Of a DNA stretch of 51,905 nucleotides, positions 8,516 through 18,081 are shown in pieces. Positions within the stretch are counted from its first letter, which is position 1, and every line of letters starts with the position of its first letter. The translations under genes were made by a program, and so were the position numbers. The stretch comes from Candidatus Agathobaculum stercoravium (lineage in GTDB: Bacteria; Bacillota; Clostridia; Oscillospirales; Butyricicoccaceae): positions 1 through 51,905 of the forward strand of contig DXIC01000072.1 in the NCBI GenBank assembly GCA_019113065.1, written 5' to 3'. The notes below the pieces were generated by a model, which worked only from the letters and a program-made list of their open reading frames with translations, did not search any database and was not told where the DNA came from.

Positions 8516-9160
8516 TTATCTCCTAAATGCACAGTCTTTTTTGCCGCATTCCTCACATCCCCTGCGATGGCACGGCTGCGGCGTATCCGACAGGCCGATG
8601 ACCGCCGTTACCGACTTGACCGGCGCCAGCAGGCAGCTTTCGGTTACGGTCAGGCCGATCTTGCGCGGCGTATCCAGCAGGCGGCTGAAATCGCGCTGAT
8701 GCGCAATCGAAAAGTCCCCATAACCCGGGCTGAAACGCGGACGGCAGTACAGCCCGCCGCGCGCAGCTTCGCGCCGGATGGTATCGTTGACCGCATCACA
8801 ATAGGTCTCGATCATTGCCGCCGCCACCGCCTGATATATCACTGCGTCGCTCATCCGCACCGCGCTGGCGCGGGCAATCAGCCGGTCGACAGCGATGCCG
8901 AGCGTCGCCGCCATCAGATAAACCCGCTCGCAGCCCCTCAGGTTGCGCGCCAGATTGCAGCTGTGAATGGTCACGCCGGCGATCTCCAGCGCATTTTCCG
9001 CCGGATGGGAAAGCGGGAAGGATACAAATACCGATTTCGGCTGCACCGCGGCCTGCATATCCGCCGCGCAGCGCGTAAGGCTTTCCGCTATCGCGGCATC
9101 CGGTTCGGTATTGCGGTAGCCGAGATACCGGAGCGCCTCATTCCGGTCAAATTCGATCAT
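8516..9160 (-). CDS. Stand-alone methionine synthase reactivation (AdoMet-binding) domain protein
   Basis: EALRYLGY, AATLG, RFSPGYGD and PVKSVTAVIG motifs, Cys-rich tail; lies between metF and metH. Confidence 0.88.
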   Translation of the reverse strand: MIEFDRNEALRYLGYRNTEPDAAIAESLTRCAADMQAAVQPKSVFVSFPLSHPAENALEIAGVTIHSCNLARNLRGCERVYLMAATLGIAVDRLIARASAVRMSDAVIYQAVAAAMIETYCDAVNDTIRREAARGGLYCRPRFSPGYGDFSIAHQRDFSRLLDTPRKIGLTVTESCLLAPVKSVTAVIGLSDTPQPCHRRGCEECGKKDCAFRR

Positions 9161-10017
9161 CCGAGGATCTCCGAAAGGCTGGACTGGATACCCGCCGCAA
9201 CCTCGGGCTTGTTCATGGAATACACATGGATGTGGTTGACACCGTTTGCAATCAGGTCGATGATCTGCTCGGTCGCGTAGATCACGCCCGCCTGTTTCAT
9301 CGCAGCCGGGTTGTCTCCGAAGCGGTCAACAATCGCCTTGAACCGCTCGGGCAGGTAGGTGCCGGACATCGAAGTGATGCGCTTGATCTGCTTGACATTG
9401 GTCACCGGCATGATGCCCGCCACCACCGGCACCGTAATGCCCTTTTCGCGGATGCGGTACAGGAAATTGTACAGGATATTGTTGTCAAAGAACATCTGAG
9501 TGGTCAGGAATTCGCAGCCTGCTTCCACCTTTTCCTTCAGATGCAGGATATCTTCGGTTTTATTTTCCGCTTCGACATGCCCTTCCGGGTAACATGCGCC
9601 GCCGATGCAGAAATCGCCCTGCGCCTTGATGTCGCGCACCAGCTCAGCTGCATAGTGGTAATCGTCAGCCGGCGCGCCGCCCGCCGGGATATCGCCGCGC
9701 AGCGCAAGCACATTCTCGATCCCCTGCTGCTTGAACTTCTCCAGCATAGTGGAAACATGCTCCCTGGTCGAGGAGACGCAGGTCAGATGGGTCAGTACGG
9801 TAACGCCATACTTCTTTTGCAGATCGGACGCGATATGCACTGTGTGCTCGCTTGTGCCGCCGCCCGCGCCGTATGTGACGCTCATAAAGTCCGGGCGCAG
9901 CGCTGCAATCTCCTGTGTCGCCTGTGCGACAGATTCGTATGTACTGCTGGTCTTGGGTGGGAACACCTCAAAAGACAGCGTGACTTTTTCCTGCTTGAAA
10001 AGATCTGAAATTTTCAT
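9157..10017 (-). CDS. metF: 5,10-methylenetetrahydrofolate reductase
   Basis: SFEVFPPK, SVTYGAGG, HLTC, LALRGD, YPEGH and TQMFFD motifs. Confidence 0.96.
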   Translation of the reverse strand: MKISDLFKQEKVTLSFEVFPPKTSSTYESVAQATQEIAALRPDFMSVTYGAGGGTSEHTVHIASDLQKKYGVTVLTHLTCVSSTREHVSTMLEKFKQQGIENVLALRGDIPAGGAPADDYHYAAELVRDIKAQGDFCIGGACYPEGHVEAENKTEDILHLKEKVEAGCEFLTTQMFFDNNILYNFLYRIREKGITVPVVAGIMPVTNVKQIKRITSMSGTYLPERFKAIVDRFGDNPAAMKQAGVIYATEQIIDLIANGVNHIHVYSMNKPEVAAGIQSSLSEILG

Positions 10018-10119
10018 AGGGTCATCTCCTGTTTTTCGCATTATACTTAGTATAGCATAAAACGCGCCTTTATTTCCAGCCGCAAATACGATATAATAAA
10101 TCCAGTTGGAGGGATAGAT

Positions 10120-11028
10120 TTGACAGGGCTGATGAAAAACTGCCGCCTGTGCCCGCGTGCCTGCGGAGCAGACCGGACGCGCACGCGCGGATTATGCGGC
10201 GCAAACGACCGCACGGAAGCAGCGCGCGCTTCCCTGCATCTGTGGGAAGAGCCGCCGATTTCCGGCACGCGCGGCTCGGGCACGGTATTTTTTTCGCATT
10301 GCTCACTGGGCTGTGTGTTCTGCCAGAACCGCCAGATCAGCCGCAGGGAGGCTGCCGGAAGAGAAATCTCGGTCGAGGCACTGGCACAGACCTTTCTCTC
10401 GCTCGAGCGGCAGGGCGCGCACAACATCAATCTCGTGACCGGCGCGCATTATGCGCCGCAGATTATCGATGCCCTGCGGCTGGCCAGACAGCGAGGTCTG
10501 TCCGTCCCCATCGTATATAATTCGAGCGGCTACGAGAGCCTGGACACACTGAAAATGCTGGACGGCTGGATTGACATTTATCTGCCGGACTACAAGTATT
10601 ACAGCAGCTACTATGCCGCGCGGTATTCCCATGCAGAGGACTACCATGAGACTGCCGTCGACGCCATCACCGAAATGGTGCGGCAGACCGGTGCGCCGCA
10701 GTATGATGAAACCGGCCTGCTGGCCCGCGGGACCGTCATCCGGCACCTGATGCTGCCCGGCCTTGCGGGCGACACCGCGCAGGTGCTGCGCGACATCGCA
10801 GCCCGGTTTGGGGACAGTGTGCTCGTCAGCCTGATGCGGCAGTACACGCCGTTTGGCATGCAGGACTGGCCGGAGCTTAACCGCACGATCACCGACGCGG
10901 AATACGCGGAAGCCTGCACCCTGTTCACAGAGCTTGGCCTCAGCGGCTTTTTCCAGCAGGATGCATCCATCAGCGAAAGTTTTATCCCTGCCTTTGACGG
11001 CACAGGATTGGAGGATACAGAAAAATGA
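10120..11028 (+). CDS. Radical SAM protein, PflX-like (PFL-activating-enzyme family)
   Basis: CRLCPRAC N-terminus, HLWEEPPISG, CSLGCVFC (CxxxCxxC), YLPDYKY and IRHLMLPG; start may be TTG 10120 or ATG 10132. Confidence 0.88.
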   Translation: MTGLMKNCRLCPRACGADRTRTRGLCGANDRTEAARASLHLWEEPPISGTRGSGTVFFSHCSLGCVFCQNRQISRREAAGREISVEALAQTFLSLERQGAHNINLVTGAHYAPQIIDALRLARQRGLSVPIVYNSSGYESLDTLKMLDGWIDIYLPDYKYYSSYYAARYSHAEDYHETAVDAITEMVRQTGAPQYDETGLLARGTVIRHLMLPGLAGDTAQVLRDIAARFGDSVLVSLMRQYTPFGMQDWPELNRTITDAEYAEACTLFTELGLSGFFQQDASISESFIPAFDGTGLEDTEK

Positions 11029-11810
11029 AAACCGTACTCAGCATCGCCGGCACCGACCCGACAGGCGGCGCCGGTATTCAGGCCGATCTGAAAACCATTG
11101 AAGCGCATGGATTGTACGGCATGGCGGCCATCACCGTGGTCATCGCGCAGAATACGACCGGCGTTTTCGCCATGCAGGCAGTCCCGCCGGAACTGGTTGC
11201 CAAACAGATTGACTGCGTGTTTAACGATATCCGTCCGGACGCGGTCAAGCTCGGCATGCTGTATGATGCGGATATTATCCACGCCGTGGCGGACCGGCTG
11301 CGCGCGCACCACGCTAAAAACGTAGTGCTCGATCCGGTGATGATCTCCTCCAGCGGCCATACATTGAGCAAAACCGACGCCATGCCGGCGCTTGAGGAGC
11401 AGATCTTCCCGCTGTGTACCCTGGTCACGCCCAATTTGCATGAGGCTGCTGCATTCTGCGGCCGCTCTATCCAAACGCGCGCGGAGATGGAGCAGGCTGC
11501 GCAGGAAATTGCGGCAAAAACAGGCGGCGGTGTGCTGGTCAAAGGCGGCCACCTTGCCGGGAGCGCGGACGACCTGCTTTATGCGGACGGGCAAATGCAT
11601 TGGCTTCCCGCCCCGCGTATCGACAACCCCAACACGCATGGTACGGGCTGTACGCTGTCCTCCGCCATCGCCTGCGGCCTGGCGCAGGGCATTTCCCTGC
11701 CCGGCAGTGTGAAACGGGCCAAACGCTACCTGACCGCCTGCATCCGGTTCGGACTGAATCTCGGCCATGGCTCCGGCCCGCTGCAACACAAAATCGAATG
11801 GGATGAATAA
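11025..11810 (+). CDS. thiD: Hydroxymethylpyrimidine/phosphomethylpyrimidine kinase
   Basis: IAGTDPTGGAGIQADLKT, VKLGML, LDPVM, TPNLHEA, KGGH and THGTGC motifs. Confidence 0.95.
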   Translation: MKTVLSIAGTDPTGGAGIQADLKTIEAHGLYGMAAITVVIAQNTTGVFAMQAVPPELVAKQIDCVFNDIRPDAVKLGMLYDADIIHAVADRLRAHHAKNVVLDPVMISSSGHTLSKTDAMPALEEQIFPLCTLVTPNLHEAAAFCGRSIQTRAEMEQAAQEIAAKTGGGVLVKGGHLAGSADDLLYADGQMHWLPAPRIDNPNTHGTGCTLSSAIACGLAQGISLPGSVKRAKRYLTACIRFGLNLGHGSGPLQHKIEWDE

Positions 11811-11821
11811 TGAGGTATCAT

Positions 11822-12613
11822 ATGGAAACCAGCCAATATTTAACCCAATTTTATAATCATTACGATGAGGACAGCCGCCTGGCAGTAAGGCATGGTTCGG
11901 TTGAGTTCCTGACCACCATGCGCTATATTGCGAAATACAGCAAGCCCGGCGACCGGGTACTGGAAATCGGCGCGGGTACCGGCAGGTATTCGCACGCATT
12001 GGCGCGCCAGGGATATGCCGTTGACGCGGTGGAACTCATCGAGCACAATATCGATGTTTTCCGGAAAAACACTTTGCCGACCGAAACCATCACCATTACG
12101 CAGGGAAACGCGCTCAATCTGTCCGCTTTCCCGGATGACCGGTATGATATTACGCTGCTGCTGGGGCCGCTGTACCACCTCTATACGGAGGAAGATAAAC
12201 GGCAGGCGATCCGAGAAGCCATCCGTGTTACCAGGCCGGGCGGCATCATTTTTGCAGCCTATGTCATCTCCGACGGCTGCCTTCTGGACGAGGGTTTCAA
12301 CCGACATAATATCGACGTTGCAGACTATCTTGAACGCGGCCTGCTGGACGCCGAAACATTTGCGGCAAAGTCCCAGCCAAAGGACTTATTTGAGCTGATC
12401 CGCAAAGAGGATATCGACCGCTTGATGACCGCATTCCCTACCACCCGGCTGCATTATGTTGCCTCGGACGGCTGCGCGCTGCTCCTGCGTGACGCTATTG
12501 ACGCAATGGATGATGACGTTTTTGCGCTTTACCTGAAATACCACTTTGCAACCTGTGAGCGCGAGGACCTGCTGGGCGTTACCAGCCATGCGCTCGACAT
12601 ATTCCAAAAATAA
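11822..12613 (+). CDS. Class I SAM-dependent methyltransferase
   Basis: VLEIGAGTGRY motif I and LLGPLYHL; start at 11822 (GAGG RBS) or 11810 (TAATG overlap with thiD). Confidence 0.88.
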   Translation: METSQYLTQFYNHYDEDSRLAVRHGSVEFLTTMRYIAKYSKPGDRVLEIGAGTGRYSHALARQGYAVDAVELIEHNIDVFRKNTLPTETITITQGNALNLSAFPDDRYDITLLLGPLYHLYTEEDKRQAIREAIRVTRPGGIIFAAYVISDGCLLDEGFNRHNIDVADYLERGLLDAETFAAKSQPKDLFELIRKEDIDRLMTAFPTTRLHYVASDGCALLLRDAIDAMDDDVFALYLKYHFATCEREDLLGVTSHALDIFQK

Positions 12614-12622
12614 AAAATGAAG

Positions 12623-12660
12623 AGAGGACGCAAGCGTATAAAATACTTGCGTCCTCTTTT
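12623..12660. terminator. Terminator between the convergent methyltransferase gene and pyrB
   Basis: AGAGGACGCAAG/CTTGCGTCCTCT stem with a T-run. Confidence 0.8.
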
Positions 12661-12661
12661 A

Positions 12662-13723
12662 TTACAGCAGCATCTCGAGCGGTGCATCGCAGTAGGGGCA
12701 GCGGTCTCCCGGCTTGCCCTCAAGCGGCAGATACAGCTCGGTTTTGGTAATGCATTTGTGGTTGGAGCATTTGACGCCGTGCGCGCCGATGTCCTGATGT
12801 CCAGCGCGGATGAACGGCAGCTTGGACAGCGTCAGCAGCAGCGCCATACGGCCGAACATGCCGAAGCGCGCCTGCCGGAAATAGACTGCACGCGGATCGT
12901 CGTCCACGTCCTGCGCGATCTCGTCCACGCGCGGGAGCGGGTGCAGCACCAGCATATCTTTTTTCGCACGCTTCAGCTTTTCCGCGGTCAGCTGGTAATT
13001 CCCTTCGAGATTTTCGTATTCCTGTGCAGTGACAAACCGTTCCCTCTGGATGCGCGTCATGTACAGCACGTCCAGCTCAGGCAGCACCTCGTCGATGCTG
13101 TTTACCTCGCAGAACGGCATATTGTGCTCTTTGAGGAACCGGATCATATAGTCCGGCAGTTTGAGCGCGTCCGGCGCGATCAGATAGATCTGTACGTTGT
13201 GGTACCGCTCTAGGAAATGCAGCAGCGAATGTACGGTGCGGCCGTATTTCAAATCACCGCACAGGCCGATCTTCATATCGTCCGCCGAACCGCGCAGCCG
13301 CAGGATCGTGACCATATCGGTCAACGTCTGGGTCGGGTGCAGGTGGCCGCCGTCGCCCGCGTTGATCACCGGCACGGATGAGTACATGGAAGCTGCTTTC
13401 GCCGCACCCTCGCGCGGGTTGCGCATCACGATCAGATCCGCATAGCTGGACACCATGTTGATCGTGTCTTTCAGCGTTTCGCCCTTCGCAGTCGAGGACG
13501 AACCGGGGTCGGAAAAGCCCACCACGCTGCCGCCAAGACGCATCATCGCAGTCGAAAACGACAGGTTGGTACGCGTAGACGGCTCATAGAACAGGCTGCC
13601 CAGCACCTTGCCGCGGCAGGCGTCGGCATAGCCTTCCGGCCTGTCGATAATGTTTGTGGTGAGCTTATACAAATCGGAAAATTCCTTTTCCGTCAAATCG
13701 CTTAAATCAATGATGTGGCGCAT
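12662..13723 (-). CDS. pyrB: Aspartate carbamoyltransferase catalytic subunit with a C-terminal PyrI-like Zn domain
   Basis: FYEPSTRT, KGETLKDT, NAGDG, HPTQ, GDLKYGRTVHS, RIQRER and HPLP motifs; tail KCSNHKCIT...RCPYC. Confidence 0.95.
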   Translation of the reverse strand: MRHIIDLSDLTEKEFSDLYKLTTNIIDRPEGYADACRGKVLGSLFYEPSTRTNLSFSTAMMRLGGSVVGFSDPGSSSTAKGETLKDTINMVSSYADLIVMRNPREGAAKAASMYSSVPVINAGDGGHLHPTQTLTDMVTILRLRGSADDMKIGLCGDLKYGRTVHSLLHFLERYHNVQIYLIAPDALKLPDYMIRFLKEHNMPFCEVNSIDEVLPELDVLYMTRIQRERFVTAQEYENLEGNYQLTAEKLKRAKKDMLVLHPLPRVDEIAQDVDDDPRAVYFRQARFGMFGRMALLLTLSKLPFIRAGHQDIGAHGVKCSNHKCITKTELYLPLEGKPGDRCPYCDAPLEMLL

Positions 13724-13791
13724 CGTGCATCCATCCCTTTCTCTGTCTTTTCCCTACCTATCATACCACAGGGAAAATCGAAAGAAAAGGC

Positions 13792-14964
13792 TTATTTGCG
13801 CATTGCGTCGATCGGGTCAAGCCGGGCTGCCCGAACCGCCGGAAACAGCCCTGCCGCCGCCCCGCAGAATACGGACAGCACAAGCAGTGCGGCAGACACA
13901 CGCCAGTCCGGCAGGAGGGACGCCCCCCAATACAGCGCGCCGCCTGCGGCAAACAGGCCGGCCAGCCCACCGAGCGTGCATAGCAGCGCGCTTTGCAGCA
14001 GAAACAGCCGCCGGATATCACGCGGCTGGGCGCCAATGGCCAGCAGGATGCCGATTTCCCCTGTTTTTTCATGTGCGGCAGCCAGCATGCTGCACAGCAC
14101 ACCGATCAGGGCGACGCACAGCGTGATCGCCCCCACAGCGAGGAATAATGCAACACAAAGATCAGCCATCTGCTCCACGGTTTCCACCATGCCGGACATG
14201 TTCTGCACCCGCACCGTACCGTCCACCTGACCGCGCCCGGTCAGGTAACGGGAAATCTGCCCGCTGACCGCAGACAGGTCGGCCTGTGCGCTGCACTGTA
14301 CGAATACCTGATCCGCATTTTCCTGCATGGAGGCCAGGCAGCTGTATGGGACGTACACCAGATGCGGTGCAAAGGAGGACAGCGCGCTGCCAAGTGCACT
14401 GGTCTGCGCCTTGACCACACCGCAAACGGTGAAATACTCGTCCCGGCCGTCGATCCGCAGGCGGATGGTGCGCCCGGTGATGTTGGTGCGCCCGTACAGC
14501 GCCTGCGCCAGTTCGTCCCCGACGACCGCGACAGGCTGCGCAGTGTCCGCCTGCCGCTCGGTCAACAGTGAGCCTGCCAGCACCTCCAGCTGCATCACCT
14601 CGCCCAGCCGTTCGTCTGCGCCGAGAAAGACTGCATTTTCGGTCACATGGCCTGCGCGGACGTTGCCGGTCTTGGCCTTGATCGGCATGACGCTGTCTAT
14701 CCCGGCAACCGCCTGCTCGAGCGTGTCCGCCAGCTCGGCAGAAAGCGGCGTGCCTGCCCCATGACCGTCCAGATACACAGTCAGGCCGCTGACGCCGATG
14801 GTGCGGAGCGCCGCCTGCACCTGTGTCTGGCCGAACAGGCCGATTGCCGCAATCACCAGCAGCGCCCCCGTGCCGACCGCGACCGAAAGCGCGCACAGGG
14901 CGGTACGCAGCGGGTTTTCACGCAGGTTGGAGGCCGCTAAACGCATCAGATCGATTGCCCTCAT
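13792..14964 (-). CDS. ABC transporter permease, MacB/FtsX family
   Basis: N-terminal TM, large extracytoplasmic domain, EKTGEIGILLAIGA motif and PAVRAARLDPIDAMR end; ATGA overlap with the upstream gene. Confidence 0.9.
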   Translation of the reverse strand: MRAIDLMRLAASNLRENPLRTALCALSVAVGTGALLVIAAIGLFGQTQVQAALRTIGVSGLTVYLDGHGAGTPLSAELADTLEQAVAGIDSVMPIKAKTGNVRAGHVTENAVFLGADERLGEVMQLEVLAGSLLTERQADTAQPVAVVGDELAQALYGRTNITGRTIRLRIDGRDEYFTVCGVVKAQTSALGSALSSFAPHLVYVPYSCLASMQENADQVFVQCSAQADLSAVSGQISRYLTGRGQVDGTVRVQNMSGMVETVEQMADLCVALFLAVGAITLCVALIGVLCSMLAAAHEKTGEIGILLAIGAQPRDIRRLFLLQSALLCTLGGLAGLFAAGGALYWGASLLPDWRVSAALLVLSVFCGAAAGLFPAVRAARLDPIDAMRK

Positions 14965-15914
14965 GCCGCCACCTCGACCGGTGCGCCATCGGTCAATGTA
15001 TCGGATGGGGACAGGACGACTGCCGCATCCGGCGCGAGCCCCTCCACGATCTCGGTCACGGTTTCCAGCATGTATCCGGTGGTCACAGGGCACTGCACGG
15101 CATGCCCGTTTTCTACGCAGAACACATATTCCTGTTCGCCACGCTGACAGACCGCTTCATGCGGCACAACAACAGCATCCGGATGGTATTCGGTAAAAAT
15201 CTTGACTGACGCCGAATACCCCGGCCGCAGGCCCTCGGTATCTCCGCACAGCGACAGGATGGTTTCCACGGTGGCTTCACCGCTCTGCCCGGTCAGGCTC
15301 ATGGCTCGTACCGCAACCGGGGAAACGCTGTCCACCTGCGCGCCGTAAACTGTATCGCCTGCCGCAGAGGCCGTTACGTTCGCACGTTGTCCCGCCGCCA
15401 GTTCGCCTGCATACAGTTCGGGCGACTGCGCGCGCACCCACAGGCTGCTCAGATCCGCGACACGGATGCAGGGCAGGCCTGCGATTACAGCCTCCCCCAC
15501 CGACGGGATGGTGAGAACGGTCCCCGAAACCGGCGCGCACAGGATGTTTGCCTGTCCGGCTGTCACAGTGTGTGCCGATTGCCCGGAAAGCGACTCCCAT
15601 ACCGCCTGCACCGTTTCACTTCCGGCCTCCTGCGGCACATCGGCCAGCGTGCACAGCACCTCGCCCTGCTCCACCGTGTCGCCAACCGACGCATAGACCG
15701 CTGCAACAACTGCGTTTTCCGCCGGGCAGAGCGCCGTGCTGTCCGCGGCCTCGACCGTACCGGTGATGGTGACGCTGTTGTAAATATCCTGTACGGATGC
15801 TGTGCCAACCTGCACCTGTTCGGCTTCCGGCGGACGGTTCTGCCACGACCAGAGCAATAAGGCAGCCAGTATGACCGCTGTGGATACCAAAACCGTCCGC
15901 GCCTGTTTTTCCAT
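14961..15914 (-). CDS. Membrane fusion protein / efflux adaptor (HlyD/MacA-like)
   Basis: N-terminal TM, VGDTVEQGEVL lipoyl-like half, APVSGTV, LRPG, VVPHEAV and EIVEGL motifs. Confidence 0.88.
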   Translation of the reverse strand: MEKQARTVLVSTAVILAALLLWSWQNRPPEAEQVQVGTASVQDIYNSVTITGTVEAADSTALCPAENAVVAAVYASVGDTVEQGEVLCTLADVPQEAGSETVQAVWESLSGQSAHTVTAGQANILCAPVSGTVLTIPSVGEAVIAGLPCIRVADLSSLWVRAQSPELYAGELAAGQRANVTASAAGDTVYGAQVDSVSPVAVRAMSLTGQSGEATVETILSLCGDTEGLRPGYSASVKIFTEYHPDAVVVPHEAVCQRGEQEYVFCVENGHAVQCPVTTGYMLETVTEIVEGLAPDAAVVLSPSDTLTDGAPVEVAA

Positions 15915-15947
15915 AAAAACACCGACCTCCCGCCGCAAAACTGTGTA

Positions 15948-15977
15948 TAGTTTGCAGCAGGAAGGCCGGTTTTACGC
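15948..15977 (-). promoter_or_regulatory. Possible SigG-type (forespore) promoter for the adaptor-permease pair
   Basis: GCGTA-18 bp-CAAACTA resembles the B. subtilis SigG consensus. Confidence 0.3.
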
Positions 15978-15989
15978 ATGTAAATTTTC

Positions 15990-17345
15990 TCAGAGCACCG
16001 CGCGGATCGCGTCCGCTACGGTTTTGACACGCACGATATTCATGCTTCGCGTCAGTTCCTCGTCAATGTCCTGCATTGGCATGATGCAGGTATGGAACCC
16101 GAGGCGGTAGGCTTCATTGATGCGCTGGGCGGCGTTTGACACCGCGCGCAGCTCGCCGGTCAGGCCGACCTCGCCAAAGCTCATCACGCCCTCGGGCAGC
16201 GGCTTGTCCCGGAAGCTGGACGCGATCGCCAGCACCATCGGCAGGTCGACCGCAGGCTCGTCCAGCCGCATGCCGCCGACCACATTGACGTAAACGTCGG
16301 AGGACGAGAGGAACAGCCCGCAGCGTTTTTCCAAAATCGCCAGCAGCAGCACCATGCGGTTGTAGTCCACGCCCGCCGCCGTGCGGCGCGGCACGCCGAA
16401 CTGGGTTTTCGCAGCAAGCGCCTGCACCTCGGCGAGCAGAGGGCGGCTGCCCTCCATCACGCAGGCGATGCAGTTGCCCGACGCGCCCTGCGGATGTCCG
16501 GCGAGCATGGCGGCGGAAGGGTTCTGCACCTCCACAAGGCCGTGGTCGCTCATCTCAAATACACCAATCTCATTGGTCGAGCCGTAGCGGTTTTTCGCCG
16601 CGCGCAGGCAGCGGAACGGGCCGGTGGTCTCCCCTTCGAAATACAGCACACAATCTACCATGTGCTCCAGAATTTTCGGCCCCGCCAGCGTGCCCTCTTT
16701 GTTGACATGGCCGACAATAAAGATCGTCACGTTTTTGTTCTTTGCATACTGCATCAGGCTCATCGCGCATTCCTTGATCTGCGTCGTGCCGCCGGGGGCC
16801 GCGGTCAGGTCACGCTTGTAGACCGTCTGGATCGAGTCCACGATCAGGATGTCGGGCGCGAGCATCTCGGTCTCGCTGATGATCTGCTCCATATCGGTCT
16901 CTGCAAGGATGTACAGGTCGGGTGAGGAGATCTTGAGCCGCGCTGCGCGCAGTTTGATCTGCCGCAGTGATTCCTCACCGGACACATACAGCACGCGTGC
17001 GGACTTGCACATCTCCTGGCACATTTGCAGCAGCAGCGTTGATTTGCCAATGCCCGGCTCGCCGCCCACCAGCACAAAGGAGCCATGCACCGCGCCGCCG
17101 CCCAGCACGCGGTCCAGCTCGCCGATGCCGGAATAAAATCGGGTTTCGTCCCCGCTTTCAATATCGCGCAGCAGGGTCGGGCGGGACGCGCCGCGCTGGA
17201 AGGTGTTCGTGCCGCGTGCGGCAGACTCCGGCTGCACCTTGAACTCGCTCATGGTGTTCCACGCCCCACATGACGGGCATTTTCCATACCATTTGGGAGC
17301 TTCATACCCACATTCACTGCAAAGATATACTGTTTTCTGCTTCAT
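15990..17345 (-). CDS. radA: DNA repair protein RadA/Sms
   Basis: CSECG...CPSC Zn finger, GEPGIGKSTLL Walker A, KNRYG motif and Lon-like C-terminus. Confidence 0.97.
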   Translation of the reverse strand: MKQKTVYLCSECGYEAPKWYGKCPSCGAWNTMSEFKVQPESAARGTNTFQRGASRPTLLRDIESGDETRFYSGIGELDRVLGGGAVHGSFVLVGGEPGIGKSTLLLQMCQEMCKSARVLYVSGEESLRQIKLRAARLKISSPDLYILAETDMEQIISETEMLAPDILIVDSIQTVYKRDLTAAPGGTTQIKECAMSLMQYAKNKNVTIFIVGHVNKEGTLAGPKILEHMVDCVLYFEGETTGPFRCLRAAKNRYGSTNEIGVFEMSDHGLVEVQNPSAAMLAGHPQGASGNCIACVMEGSRPLLAEVQALAAKTQFGVPRRTAAGVDYNRMVLLLAILEKRCGLFLSSSDVYVNVVGGMRLDEPAVDLPMVLAIASSFRDKPLPEGVMSFGEVGLTGELRAVSNAAQRINEAYRLGFHTCIMPMQDIDEELTRSMNIVRVKTVADAIRAVL

Positions 17346-17355
17346 ATTTCCTCCA

Positions 17356-18060
17356 TCAGCCACCGCTTTCGTACCGGAGATAGCCGGTCACAATGCTGGC
17401 GGCGAGTTTTTTATGGTATTCCGTATCAGTTAGCCGCTGTTCTTCCTCCGGATTGGACAAAAAACCGCACTCGACGATGACAGCCGGGCAGTCCAGGTTC
17501 TTCATCAGGTAGATCGTGCTTTCCGCCTGTTTCGCCTGCCGGTTGTTGGAAGGATCGCAGCCCTCTGTCAGGGCAGCTTGCAGCAGCTCGGCCAACACGC
17601 TGCTTCCCGCATGGTTGGGGGAATAAAACACCTGTGCGCCGTGGTACTGCGCGTCGCTGAACTTGTTGAGATGGATACTCAGGAAAACCGGCTCGGCCAT
17701 GTCCTGCACGAGCTGTTCCCGCGCCTTGATATCGGCAATCTTGTTTTCCCGGACCGGGCGGGACGGGTCATAGTCCAGCGCATTTCCATCCGTGCGCGTC
17801 ATCGCCGTATGTACGCCGAAAAATTCCGCCAGTGCCTGTACGCGCTGCGCAATGCTCAGGTTGATATCCTGTTCGGTAGTGCCGCTTAAGCTGACCGCGC
17901 CGCCGTCGAAACCGCCATGACCGGCGTCGATCACCAGTGTCCGCGCCTCCCGGCTCTGCGCGATCGCCTGCACCATGCGGCCGCCGCGCACACCAACGAT
18001 CAGTGCAAGCGCCAACACGGCTGCGCCAAGTATGATCCGTTTTGCTGTCCGTCTGTCCAT
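17356..18060 (-). CDS. cwlD: N-acetylmuramoyl-L-alanine amidase (Amidase_3), CwlD-like
   Basis: IDAGHGGFDGGA, EQDINL, SIHLNKF, GAQVFY and VECGFLSNPEE motifs; N-terminal TM; SigE-type promoter. Confidence 0.8.
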   Translation of the reverse strand: MDRRTAKRIILGAAVLALALIVGVRGGRMVQAIAQSREARTLVIDAGHGGFDGGAVSLSGTTEQDINLSIAQRVQALAEFFGVHTAMTRTDGNALDYDPSRPVRENKIADIKAREQLVQDMAEPVFLSIHLNKFSDAQYHGAQVFYSPNHAGSSVLAELLQAALTEGCDPSNNRQAKQAESTIYLMKNLDCPAVIVECGFLSNPEEEQRLTDTEYHKKLAASIVTGYLRYESGG

Positions 18061-18081
18061 CGCGCGCACCTCCGTCACCAA

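Noticed and set aside
10018-13791. Riboswitches or attenuators for metF, thiD and pyrB (SAM, TPP, PyrR)
   Set aside because: The leaders are too short or absent, and no consensus elements were seen.
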